A stretch of 63,501 nt of DNA, filler included, from Diploschistes diacapsis (lineage: Eukaryota): NCBI GenBank assembly GCA_023645945.1. It is 24 parts of 24 records of this genome, joined end to end, with 100 filler letters (N's around TTAATTAATTAA, not from the genome) between each part and the next. Parts side by side here need not be neighbours in the genome. Positions count along the whole stretch, not along the records: positions 51,289 to 52,949 come from JALAIB010002752.1; positions 53,050 to 54,710 come from JALAIB010002753.1; positions 54,811 to 56,470 come from JALAIB010002754.1; positions 56,571 to 58,229 come from JALAIB010002755.1; positions 58,330 to 59,987 come from JALAIB010002756.1; positions 60,088 to 61,745 come from JALAIB010002757.1; positions 61,846 to 63,501 come from JALAIB010002758.1; 17 more parts are not named here. One strand, written 5' to 3'. Under the pieces are notes generated by a model. It worked only from the letters and a program-made list of their open reading frames with translations, was not told where the DNA came from and made no database searches. Shown one piece after another: positions 51,924-63,501 of this stretch; position 1 is the stretch's first letter; each line of letters opens with the position of its first letter. Position numbers and translations under genes: made by a program.

Positions 51924-52949
51924 TGTTACGATCCAAGTACCAGACTTGGCACGTCCTAGCTTTGTATATAGATCAGTCACGGGACCGAAGGTCACGTGAT
52001 GCGCTTACTGCTCGCGCTTATTTTCGTGAGCGGTGAGCGGGTTTTCGTTATTACTCGATGGTCGCGTTTATTCTTGTGAGCGGCGAGCCTTAGGGGCATC
52101 GTTCGCTGGGTTTGCGATAAGCGGCGAGCGAGTTGATTATATATGAACACGACTTTATCTTCGTGAAAAAGGGCGTGTTTATTTTTATAAATATCTTAAG
52201 TTATTGTTCGGGATCAATTTATATTCGTTATTTTTATTATTTTAGAGCCTTTTTTCTAGAGATAGTTTAAGACCTATAATTGTTCTATCTTCTTCTCCTG
52301 CCACATTCCTTTTCTAATAGAGACCAAACCCACTTTGTATAGATAGAGATTATAATACTTGAACACCTTTAAGAATAAGTGTTACTGACAGTATAACCGG
52401 GCGATCGCCACCGATGGCTAGATCCGCAGCATTTCGCGCACTTAGGGTAATAACGCTATTAAATGAAACCGATATCCGTATAAAGGATACAACGGAAGTT
52501 AAAAACGACGATCTTAGAAGTAATGATAAACTTAACGAAGACAAATCGTATAAAAAATTTATTATAAAAGTTATAAAATTAATAACGTTTTATAAAGACC
52601 GAAAGAAATTAAAGCATTAAATATTTTAATTTTTAATATACTTTTATTGGAACCCGTATATTATAGACGATTAAAGAAAACGAATAGTTTTCGCCGTAGG
52701 ATTCATGCGTGACCGCGTATTGACATAAATAAGATTTTATCTCGACGTATACTTAGGAAGTTAAGAAAATAGTTACGGAATGTTTAAGAAGTTCGTAAGA
52801 TTCAAGAAATAAGTCCGATTAATTTTTAAAATAACTAACGATAGAGAATATGCAATTCGAGTTATCAAGATAATTAACCAACGAAGCTCGGTTTTAGAAT
52901 ATATAATAAAGTTTTAAGAATACGCCCGGCTAATTAAATAGAATAAAAA
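51924..52949 (+). mobile_element. Gypsy family B-type 5' LTR (51924-52357) and RIPed gag from 52414
   Basis: LTR TGTTACGATC...GATTATAATA. Gag relic FYKDRKKLKH*...SVLEYIIKF*EYARLIK*N. Confidence 0.8.
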
Positions 52950-53049
52950 NNNNNNNNNNNNNNNNNNNNNNNNNNNNNNNNNNNNNNNNNNNNTTAATTA
53001 ATTAANNNNNNNNNNNNNNNNNNNNNNNNNNNNNNNNNNNNNNNNNNNN

Positions 53050-54468
53050 AAATATTCCTTCTTATAATAATTATAACAGGTTTCGTTATTGACCTATTTC
53101 TTAATAAACATAATCGGTTTCTCGCTGATTACTTTAACGGAAATCTTAATCTCTTCCTTACTACGATCCCTAAAGGTCCTCCGAAAACGAAAAATATACG
53201 AACTATTATTTCGGGTACTAACCGCGAAAATAACTATCTTATTCCGACCTTTTACTTTTAAATAACTGTCGAGCATATATAATTCATCCTTCATCTTCCG
53301 AATCGTCTTAAGATTTCGATTTAAGAAAACGATCTAGAAACGATCGGCCAGTTTTTCTCTTATATTTAATACTTGATCTTCCTCGGGGATCCTTATTTCG
53401 GTAATCAGTACCGTGAATTAAATTAAAAATTCGTTAAATTAATTATTACCTTATTATAGCTTTTAGAGCGCCCCTACAGGAATACTACACAACCAGGGGC
53501 TGAGCCTGATCTGGAAGGATCACGTGTAGCTGCAATCTGTAGGCTGAATGGTTCAGATTCGAAAAGGTAAGGAAGGAACTATCTAGGTGGAGGAGGGCAC
53601 AAATAAATAGTCTGGGTGCCAGCCCTACTGCCCTACGGGGTTCAAACCTTGAACCCACAAACGATCAGGATGTTCCAGCTTTCGATAATTATTTTTAACG
53701 ATTAATCGAGCATTTTTATTTATTTATCGATTATTTAATCGTTTAAATAATGTTTCGGCGGAAATTACTTAATTAATCGAATCTTCGTCCGTAAAAGCTT
53801 TTATATAATTAAATATTATTCCTTTAAGACGGGAGATCATATACGTTATCTAATCGTCGGCCCCGTTGAATTAGTCATCGTTCATCTTTAGCTTATCTTT
53901 AACTAAACGACGCCACTGCTTGTAATTAAGGTTTTTTTTAAGATCTGCTGCAAACTAAGATGGGTCTGGTAGCTTGTACGAGGAGAAACGTCTCCCGTTA
54001 TTAATCTCGATAACTGGATTTGTGGATTCTCGTCGGTTCCGAAATTTTTTAATCGTTATTCGTAAATCGATGTTTTCGTTAATTAAGCGGGCCCGGGTCT
54101 TTTATTTCCTATTTAATAGTTATTTCAGTTCGTTTCTTTTAATTAAATCTTTCTCGAATTATTATTAGAACCGTTAGATCTTTCGTTCGTTTTGTTGATT
54201 TATTTCTTCGACCGTTATTACGTAAGTACGTACTGATTTAATAAATTCCGTTAATTCTTCTTCGGTTCGATAATAGATTTCTTTTACTCGTTCTTACGAT
54301 TACAGCTTTATCACGTTCTCGATAACGTTATTTTAGTTAATTTATTCTTTCATCGGGTCTTTAAACGAAGACATTTTTCGTTTAAATTCGTCGCGGAAGC
54401 CCTTTTAGAATCCTTCCCGTACTAATTCTTCGCTGATATTAAATCCCTCGAAGGTCCCTGGTATAAAT
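53050..54468 (-). mobile_element. RIPed Gypsy gag-region fragments with an LTR-A-related piece (~53484-53660)
   Basis: Homologous to 1470-1679, 35373-35800 and 56571-57100. Confidence 0.65.
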
Positions 54469-54710
54469 TAGGCTGGCCGTCACGGACACTGACACGGCCG
54501 TGTCCGTGGCACGGACACGGCCGTGGCAGTGTCCGTGTTTTAAAATTTTCAGCCGTAGTGTCCGTGTCCGTGCTTTCACTACAATACAATGTCCGTGGAA
54601 GTGTCCGTGTTTTAAAATTTTTAATCGTAATATCCGTGTCCGTGCTTTTACTATAATGTAATATCCGTAGAAATGTCCGTGTTTTAAAATTTTTAATCGT
54701 AATATTCGTG
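54469..54710. mobile_element. hAT-like MITE inserted in Gypsy gag, partial
   Basis: TAGGCTGGCCGTCACGG followed by CCGTGT arrays. Confidence 0.87.
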
Positions 54711-54810
54711 NNNNNNNNNNNNNNNNNNNNNNNNNNNNNNNNNNNNNNNNNNNNTTAATTAATTAANNNNNNNNNNNNNNNNNNNNNNNNNNNNNNNNNN
54801 NNNNNNNNNN

Positions 54811-56470
54811 ATCTTAAATAGGTCTAGATTCTTTTTACGTTGGTCGGAGTTCTTTCATTTAATTATCGTTTCTAGCTCGGCGGGGTTAGTCTATATTTTT
54901 TTAATCTTGATAATAAAGTTTAAGAATTTAATTTTCGTCATTTTAAATTTATCTTTATCGATATTGATTTGTAAGCCGGTTTGCCGTAAGCATTATCAGT
55001 TCTTTTTAATATATAAAACGTGTTTTAATAAGTTGTTCGAATTCATTAGGTTATCGTTTATATACGCCGTGTAAAAATGGTTAAGAAAGTCGAATAAAAC
55101 ATAATTCATATATCGTTAATAAATAATAAGTCCTTTCTTTAACCCGAAAAGTAAAATTTTAAATTTAAATATTTTGTATTTAGTTCGCAACGTGTTTTAT
55201 TTTTTTAAATTAGGATCCATTCGTGATCTATAGAATGCTTATATGATATTTAGTTTAATATAGATACGAGCGCTTTTTAATCGTGTTAAAGTTTCTTTAA
55301 TTAATGATAATAGATGTTTATTTATTTTTAATAAAGCGTTTAGCTTTCGATAATCCATATAGAATCGGAAACTTCCATTAGTTCTCCTAATAAATAATAC
55401 GGGAGCGTTATACGGGGCGCTGTTGGCTTCGATGAACTTTCGATTTAGATTTTTTTTTAAATATTTTTTAATTATTTCTGGTTCCGGTAAGGATTGCTTG
55501 TAAAGTGGGTTGTAAGTTAAGGTATTCAGTTTAACGAGTTTAAATCTTTTACAATAAAGGGGTAAGATATTCGAGTCGGTTTTGAAAAATACGTCGATGT
55601 ATTTTTAATACGTGATAAATAATTTTCGTTGTATTAATTTTTTCAGGTTCTGTTTGTTTAGTTGTAAAATATCTTTAACTTTTTTCTTTAGATCGTAATA
55701 TCGATTTTATATAACGTGGATATTTTTAATTTAACGTTTTGCGTTTCCCGTTGGTCCGGAATGCTGTAATATTTATTATTATAAACCTTAAGATCGGGGG
55801 TCTTATTTTGCTTGATTGTAATCGTGTGTTTTAGTATTGTTTTTTCAGCGATCGGTTTCGCCGCTCGTTCAGTCTTTCGTATTGTTTCTAGTTTTAACCG
55901 ACAGGGTCTAAACTCCGCCTTTCGTACGTCAACGATTGGTGTTTTACGCGTCATTGATTTATCAATTATTTTAATCGAGGGCAATTTGTTGAGTATTTTA
56001 ACCGCGTTAAATATCGATCTCGTCGATTAGCGTTTACCCAATATTTCTCGTTCATTCGAACAATAATCGAGTATAGAGATATTTAATGTACCGAAAGATT
56101 CATTCGGTTCTTTCGTTAAGAAATATCAATCTATTTTCTTTCGGGTTAAGCTAGATTTAATATTAATAAAAAATATGTTTTTTATTAAAATCGCTATATG
56201 TTTAAGCGTCGTTAAGACGATCGATTGAATTTTAAAACGTCGTTTTAAAATTCAAACGTTCGTTATTATTTCTTTCGAGATGTTTTGCCTTTTCTTACTT
56301 CTAAATTTTCGTGTCTGGAGGTTCGCGAGGAAGTCTATTATTTTAATATCGAGAAGCTTTGTAATGTGTTTATTGTAAAACTCATTTATTATAATATGTA
56401 CGTTTGTTTTAATATTATATATATTATTATTAATTATAATTATTTTATCTTTCGTAATATGATATAAGGT
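54811..56470 (-). mobile_element. RIP-inactivated Ty3/Gypsy pol (reverse transcriptase ~55450-54830)
   Basis: FIEANSAPYNAPVLFIRRTNGSFRFYMDYRKLNA...LIKETLTRLKSARIYIKLNII*AF...TAYIND (relic of YxDD). Confidence 0.9.
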
Positions 56471-56570
56471 NNNNNNNNNNNNNNNNNNNNNNNNNNNNNN
56501 NNNNNNNNNNNNNNTTAATTAATTAANNNNNNNNNNNNNNNNNNNNNNNNNNNNNNNNNNNNNNNNNNNN

Positions 56571-57704
56571 ATAATTAGGGCCCTCTTTAATATCCGTCGA
56601 GAACTTAAATAAATCTAACAATTTATGCGATAAAAAACGTCCCCCGTTATTAATCTCGATAGGCTCTCGTCGGTTCCGAAATTCTTCGATCGTTATTTAT
56701 AAATCGATAATTTCGTTAATAAGACGTGCCCGAGTTTTTTATTCTTTATTTAGTAATTATTTCAGTTCGTTTTTTTTATTTAAATCTTTCTCGAATTATT
56801 ATTAAAATCGTTGAATTTTTCGTTCGTTTTATTGATTCGTTTCTTTTACGGTTGTTATATAAGTGGAATTAATTTTATTAATTTTATTAATTTATTTTTC
56901 GTTCGTTGATAGATCTCTTTCGCTCGTTTCTATGATTGTAAATTTATTACGTTTTCGATAATTGTATCTTAATTAATCGGTTTTTTTATTGGGTTTTTAA
57001 ATGAGGATCTTTTTCGTTTAATATTATCGCGGGGATCTAATTGGGCGCGTCCCGCTGCTGATTTTTCGTTAGTATTAAATTTTTCGAAGGGTTCTGGTAT
57101 TGATGATTGTTATAATTCGGGGTATTTTATGGATTGTTTTTTAATTGACGATTTATTTATTGAATTGTATTTTTTAATCGATAGTATCTCGGTTGATTTT
57201 TTAAAAGGCGGAAGTATTATCGATTTTTTCTTTTTTTTTTGATCTTTTTTATCAGCGGGGGTTATCGTTTATAATAATTCGGGCGGGTAATACTTTCGAG
57301 TTCGGTTGTTGTGGATTTACTTGAATACTTAGTTCGGTTAACGTTTTAAATTCTCGTCACGAATGCGAAGATAAAGTGAGCTGTTCGAATATAAAACGCT
57401 AACGCAGGAATGGGATATTATATTATCGGGGGCTGGGCCTGATTTAGAAGAATTACGTGTAGTTAGGTATTTATAGCTAAAAGGTCTCGATTCGAAAAGC
57501 TAGAAAGAAAATTATCTAAATAAGAGGATAATAAGAATAAATAATGTGTAGGTGCCAGCCCTACGGGGTTCGGGTTCTACCCGCCTATATAATTACCCCC
57601 TAACATCCTTGGCACGGTTGGTACCCGTCATGTGACCCTACCGTCATGTGACCCTGCCGTCATGTGACCCCGGTGGCTTGGCACGCCTGGGCTGATCTGT
57701 CTCA
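56571..57704 (-). mobile_element. Gypsy family A variant: 5' LTR (57704-57390, 16-bp array), leader and gag start
   Basis: TGAGACAGATCAG start, CATGTGACCCTGCCGT x~3, homologous to 35373-36420. Confidence 0.75.
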
Positions 57705-58229
57705 ATACTTAAGATTAATAAAAGTTTATATAGGCTAAAATAGGCGGCTAAAGATTAATATAAAAAATACGGTAGTATAATTTTGAATTTAAGATTCGTC
57801 CGATCCAATATTAACTTATACGTCTTTATTTTGCGAGATCGAAAGCTATTAGTTGGCCTTTAGGTAAACGATATTATTATAGTAGCACCGGATTTATATA
57901 ATATATGCTAATTTAAAAAAGTATTAGTTAAACGCTACAAGGTCAAGGACCTGGGAGAAATGAAAAAGTTTTTAGGAATAAGAGTTCAGCGATAGCGTAG
58001 TTTAGGTTCAGTAGGTTTAGCTGAATTAACCCTAGATTAAGAAATATACGTCGAGAAAATGCTTTAGCGTTTCAAGATAATAACGGATATACATAAGAAT
58101 TAGAAGATACCGCTTAATAAATACGACGGTATTAAATTAAATAAAGAATCTTTCGAGATAATCGATAAAACGTAGTATTAAGAAATTATTAATAATATTA
58201 TATACTTAACGGTTTATACGAGATTAAAT
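57705..58229 (+). mobile_element. RIP-inactivated Ty1/Copia reverse transcriptase fragment
   Basis: VGL*VNDIIIVA (relic of W/YVDD), KRYKVKDLGEMKKFLGIRV, EIYVEKML. Confidence 0.85.
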
Positions 58230-58330
58230 NNNNNNNNNNNNNNNNNNNNNNNNNNNNNNNNNNNNNNNNNNNNTTAATTAATTAANNNNNNNNNNNNNNN
58301 NNNNNNNNNNNNNNNNNNNNNNNNNNNNNA

Positions 58331-58945
58331 TACCTCATCCGCGCTACCCAAGGCCACAGCCTCCCCATCGCCTCCTCCTCCCTCCTGCAGCCCATCCTAC
58401 CGAGCGACCCGGACTGCCCGGCCGAAGTCGTCCACGGCACGTATCCGGCTGCCTGGGCGAAGATTCTCGAGACGGGCGGCCTCTCGAGGATGGGGAGGGG
58501 GCACGTGCATTTTGCGGTGGGGCTGCCCGGGGCTTCTTCGTCTGCTACGGCCGGTGGTGGTGGTGGTGGTGGTTCCACGCTGGGCACGGGCTCGCCCGAA
58601 ATCGCGGACGCTTCTGTCGCTACCGAAACAGAGCATCCGAACCGCTCCCGACCTTCGGAAAAGCACGATACGCCCACGCCGACACCGGACGCCCAGCAGC
58701 CCATAGTGAGCGGCATGCGCGCCTCCGCCTCGGTGCTCGTCTGGGTCGACGTGAAGCGCAGCATGGCCGAGGGCGGGCTGAAGTGGTGGCGGAGCGCGAA
58801 CGGGGTGGTGCTTACGGAGGGGGACGAGCGTGGGCTCGTGAGGCTGGAATTTGTGACCAAGGCGGCGGAGAGGGGAGGCGGCGGGGGTGTTCTTTGGCCC
58901 GCCGGAGGGGTCGAGCATAACGTAGTTTATCAGTACGTACAGTAG
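58331..58945 (+). CDS. TPT1: tRNA 2'-phosphotransferase (Tpt1/KptA), C-terminal part; 5' end cut by contig edge
   Basis: IRATQGHS, VVHGT, GGLSRMGRGHVHFA, VSGMR, WWRSANGVVLT. Confidence 0.93.
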   Translation, partial: YLIRATQGHSLPIASSSLLQPILPSDPDCPAEVVHGTYPAAWAKILETGGLSRMGRGHVHFAVGLPGASSSATAGGGGGGGSTLGTGSPEIADASVATETEHPNRSRPSEKHDTPTPTPDAQQPIVSGMRASASVLVWVDVKRSMAEGGLKWWRSANGVVLTEGDERGLVRLEFVTKAAERGGGGGVLWPAGGVEHNVVYQYVQ

Positions 58946-59564
58946 GGGCGCAGCAGCAGGGGCATACATAACACACTGTGTGTGTGTAAAATACCCGTTC
59001 CCACAACAATAAATAGATAATAGATACCCAACTTGCCCCGCCGGCCCTCTACGTTACGAACGCCCATCCATCCACCCCAACAAATTCCCGAAGCGGGCGC
59101 TCCAGCAGCCCTCCAGCCTCCAACACACCGATGTTGGACAAAAAAAAAAAAAAAAAACCTCACCGGGCGCCGGCGCCGAAAGCCCCGAAGGGGAAAGAAG
59201 GCAAGATCCCCCCGCGTGCCGTGGCAACGAGGGCGAGGGACGCCGCCGCCACCGCTTTCGCGTTTTTTCGCATAGTACTTTTCGCTACGGTATCGTATAT
59301 AGTATAGTATAGTATAGTCAGTAATAATAATAATAAGAAGCGGCCCGACCGCACGCTTGTTTTTTGAGCTGGGCTGAGCCGGAGCGGAGCTGGGCGAAAA
59401 GAAAAGAAAAGCTTTCTTCTTCTTGGGGGGGGCCATGATTTGTGGTATACGGCCGAGACGGGATAGGTACCTGGCTGCCCATCTGTTTAGTGTTGTTGTG
59501 CAGATGATGTATTGGTACCGGGATGCCCCGGTGCACACGGTGCTCTGCTACGATATACTACTGC

Positions 59565-59987
59565 TCATGCTTCGTAGCTATCTGCGCGCTGAGACGTTGC
59601 TACATTGTCGCCCCCCCGCGTCTTCGCCACGAATCCGCCATCGAGCGTTCCGCATGGACAGCGACAACCCACGACCGCGCACTCCTCGTGCCGGCGAAAC
59701 CACTCCTTCGCGTGCCGCCTGTGATACAGATGCCGGCAGCTCAGGCAAATCTCAATGAAGCCCTCCATCGCATCGAAATCCTCCCTTCCGTCTCCACCGT
59801 TCTCGTCTTCTCCATAATCGCCCTTGGAATCCTCGTCGAGCCCAGCATCATCTTCTGAGCCCCCTCCCTCACCCCGCATCTCGGCCCTCGCTCTTTCCTC
59901 TTCTCTCTCCTCGCCGTCTTCATCCAGGACCTTCCTCTCGCCCACCTTGCCCCTCAACCTAGCCCCCTCTCTCTCCCTCTCCCTCTC
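59565..59987 (-). CDS. SEA4: SEACAT/GATOR2 subunit Sea4/Mios, C-terminal zinc-binding region; 5' part missing
   Basis: CLSCRHLYHRRHAKEWFRRHEECAVVGCRCPC pattern at the C-terminus. Confidence 0.75.
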   Translation of the reverse strand, partial: EREREREGARLRGKVGERKVLDEDGEEREEERARAEMRGEGGGSEDDAGLDEDSKGDYGEDENGGDGREDFDAMEGFIEICLSCRHLYHRRHAKEWFRRHEECAVVGCRCPCGTLDGGFVAKTRGGDNVATSQRADSYEA

Positions 59988-60133
59988 NNNNNNNNNNNNN
60001 NNNNNNNNNNNNNNNNNNNNNNNNNNNNNNNTTAATTAATTAANNNNNNNNNNNNNNNNNNNNNNNNNNNNNNNNNNNNNNNNNNNNGCTATTGCGTGCT
60101 AAGTACTACTGACTAGTACCTTGGATCGTAACA

Positions 60134-61141
60134 CGAATCGATCCGAAACGCGTCGTTTATTAATTATAAACGGTTATAATAATTATATTACCGCTATTAT
60201 TTTTCGTTTTTATATATCTAATCGAATCAATTTAATAATATTATTATTACATAATTTTTCTTTTTTAATTATTCGATGTCTTAGTGTTTTCGCCGTTAAA
60301 AAACGCGTTGGCGTAAAAAACGAATTATATTACTCGATTAAATAAATCGCGTATAATACGCTCGGAATAAATCGAATTATTTTTAATAACTCGAAATCGA
60401 GCTATTACGAATCGGAACGTTTAAATAAGTTTTATAAATATTGAATTATAATCTATTAATTTTATAACCGTGTTTAATAAACTTTATTCGATTTATCGGA
60501 CCTTTTTATTTTTATTTTAGAATTTTTTTTTAATCTCGAATCAATTCGATTTAGATTTATTCTTATTATATAATTCTTTATTAAATACCACCGAACTACG
60601 AAAGATTAATAAAGAATTTAATTAGACGTTACGAGCCGTTTTAAAACTAACCAACCCGATTCGACGTTATTCGAGTCGAATAATCCGTATACTTAAATCG
60701 ACGTATATTAAATTTATAACGCTTCGTAAAAAAAACCTAAAACAAAAAACGCTTTTTAATAATCGTAAAAAACGTAAATTAAATAAATGAATCGAATTAA
60801 AAGATCGTTTTATATTTAATATAAACGAAATTATTGAGATTAAATCGAATCGGACAGTTCCGAAACGATTTATAATGCGTAAAAAACGTCGTCGCGTTTC
60901 TAAAATCGAAGAAGATAAAAAAGAAGAAGATAGATTCGATTTAGATCGATTGGATTCTAATTACGACGAATAGGTTATATTTAAAAACCGTAAAATGTTA
61001 GCGGTAGTGATTTGAGGTGGCCGAGCTTTGGGGGTGGTCGAGCTGACCGTGAAACACGTTATCTAAAAAACATAAAATATTGACGGTAATAATTTAAGGT
61101 GGCCGAGATGGGGGGGTGGCCGAGATGACCGTGAAACACGT
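60134..61141 (+). mobile_element. RIP-inactivated Fot1/pogo transposase (DDE domain to C-terminus) with two tandem 3' TIRs ending at 61059 and 61141
   Basis: RRLLIINGYNNYIT...NRINLIILLLHN (cf. RLLIxDGHxSH...LPPHSSH). TIR ...GACCGTGAAACACGT followed by TA. Preceded by an LTR end (GATCGTAACA, 60133). Confidence 0.85.
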
Positions 61142-62024
61142 TAAGCGTGGTCGTGCCATACAAAAAATTTATAAAAATATAATCGATAATCTTAAATCGA
61201 TCGTCAAGTTTTTATAAACTCGTTAACGTTCCTTCGAAAGTTTATTATCGGCCGACGCTTCGCAATTTCTATCGTTATTGCGATATATATATCGTTCTTT
61301 ATTATTAATAGATTGATTTATCCAAAAAGTCCTGCTGCGCGCACGCCTATGGATGGAAAGGAGGAAAGGTTTATTAAGAGGTTAAAACTTATTATTTATA
61401 ATAAAAAATAGAGCCTAAGATATTTATACTTCTTCTTATTAATTTAATACGTATATGACCTATTAATAACTCGGTGCGTATTAATTCTTTATTAATAAAT
61501 AATATAATACTATTTAATACCGCTTTAACCTTCCTTTCTTAAGTTATAAATAAGCTGTTTCGTAATTTTCGAGCATGCTTATAACATTTTTAAGCCACTT
61601 TACTAATATTTAACTATTATATTTTAAAGGCCAGCCCTTTTATTATATTATATATTATGAAACTCCAGCTTTTAATCTTTTATTTAATATTTTTTTCTTT
61701 CCATTCTTTTTTATCATCTATAAAACCTAAGGGTGGGAGATATTTNNNNNNNNNNNNNNNNNNNNNNNNNNNNNNNNNNNNNNNNNNNNTTAATTAATTA
61801 ANNNNNNNNNNNNNNNNNNNNNNNNNNNNNNNNNNNNNNNNNNNNGTTATAAATCGTTTTATTAATTATATTTGTCGAGCGGAGTATTTACGGATAATGT
61901 AAATACGATCGGAAATAAGGATATTTTTGAATACGTACCGTTTTTCTATTTAATTGTGTTTAAGAGAGTAAAATATAAAAAAATAGGTTTAAAAGCACGG
62001 CTACGTCGAGAAAGGAGTATTAAA

Positions 62025-62711
62025 TAGGCTGGCCGTTTCGTGCCACGGTCACTCACACGGACACTGCAGCAAAAATTTTCAAAACACGGACACTAACACG
62101 GACACGATAATTAAAATTTTAAAACACTGATACTAATACGGACATTATATTTCCGTAAATCCACGGACACGGACACGGACACTGCAATTAAAAATTTTAA
62201 AATATTAATATTAATACGGATATTACACTTCCGTGAATTCACGGACACGGACACCGCAACTAAAAATTTAAAACACGGATATTAATACGGACATTATATT
62301 TCCGTGAATTTATTAACACGGACATTATATTATAATAAAAACACGGAAATATTTTTTTTTTTAATATTTTTAAAATTATCCCGCTTATTTCTCACGCTTT
62401 TATTTTTAAAAAAGTTTTTTTAAAACACGGACACGGACACGGACACTGCATTATAATAAATACACGGACACGGACACCGTAATTAAAATTTTTAAAACAC
62501 GGATATTAACACGGACACTATATTTCCGTGAATCCACGGACACGGACATTACAATTAAAAAATTTAAAACATTGACATTAACACGGACACTACACTTCCG
62601 TAAATCCACGGACACGAACACCGCAACTAAAAAATCTAAAACACGGACACTAACATTATCAGTATCCGTGTCACTAACACGGCCGTGTCAGTGTCAGTAA
62701 CGGCCAGCCTA
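62025..62711. mobile_element. Complete hAT-like MITE (687 bp) with 8-bp target-site duplication
   Basis: TIRs TAGGCTGGCCGT / ACGGCCAGCCTA. Flanks GTATTAAA (62017-62024) and GTATTAAG (62712-62719). Confidence 0.9.
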
Positions 62712-63501
62712 GTATTAAGGATTTTAAGTTTTTAAATATTTTATTTATCGGACAGGTATAAGACTATATTAAAATATAAAATAACGGAATGGAGATTTCC
62801 TATTAATAAAATTTATATAGAATTCGTTATAGGACAGCGAATTATTAAAAGGGGGGTCGTATATAAATATAAAAGTAGGCCGTAGACTTGATGGAGGTGG
62901 TTCTTATAGGGCAGTTCCATTTAAGGAGGTCTATTAGGTAGTTTTAGACAATTAATGCATCCTACACCTCATAAATATCCTACCTAGGTATACTATTGAC
63001 TACGAGATCACACTACATTCCCCTACTACACCACCTACGACTATCTACCTACTACAGCAAGGGAAGTCTCCCTAAACAGCGCGCCTTATGTTTATAATAA
63101 ATGCCTAAAAAATTTAAATTTTTTGAAAAGTAATAAATGTAAGCTAATCGGCCACGTTCTGTATCTTAGTCAGGTTTTTTGATTCTTTTAATAGAGATAA
63201 TATATTTTAAGAACTCGTATTTCTTATGATTTCGCGTATAGTTCGAAGTTTCGTAATCTTTCGAATATAATCCGGAGATACTTCGCGTGTTTCTCGGCGC
63301 TTTTTAAATATTAAAATATTATCGAAAGAAATTACGTAAATATTATTAATTAGATTTATTAAAGCTCGATTGATATAAGCTTGAAATATAGCTAAGGCGT
63401 TTGTTAATTTAAATGGTATTACTTGATATTTAAAATGGCCGTATTTAGTATAAAAAGTAGTTTTTCATTCATCGCCCTCGCGAATACGGATACGATAATA
63501 C

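Noticed and set aside
58330..59987. Housekeeping genes (TPT1, SEA4; also RSM19 and SRP RNA) apparently embedded among transposons, suggesting capture by a mobile element
   Set aside because: They are on separate contigs, some broken at low-complexity runs. The proximity comes from concatenation.

Overview
Eukaryotic DNA from a filamentous ascomycete (Pezizomycotina-type genes, short GT-AG introns). It is not one locus: 24 separate contigs are joined by artificial 100-nt linkers (N44-TTAATTAATTAA-N44), so adjacency across a linker means nothing. One 22.8-kb contig (7109-29951) is gene-rich. It carries a secreted GH24-type lysozyme, a dienelactone hydrolase, an SDR, a conserved 1028-aa hypothetical protein, an Rsc58-like protein, a DUF6594-type protein, a secreted RNase T2 and a large BAG+SH3 protein. 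Two ~1.7-kb GC-rich contigs carry pieces of housekeeping loci (RSM19, SRP RNA, HAD phosphatase; TPT1, SEA4/MIOS), and a third (44229-45896) could not be assigned. The rest are AT-rich, RIP-degenerated transposon fragments: at least two Ty3/Gypsy LTR families, Copia RT, Fot1/pogo transposase and TIRs, a hAT transposase relic, and many copies of a non-autonomous hAT-like element (12-bp TIR TAGGCTGGCCGT, body built of ACACGG arrays, 8-bp TSD). Best leads: this MITE family with its candidate transposase, the BAG+SH3 protein, the GH24 lysozyme lacking the canonical catalytic Asp, the SRP RNA (not shown by the ORF track), and a tRNA-like sequence inside a chromovirus 3' region. All family calls come from motif recognition by eye; no searches were run.
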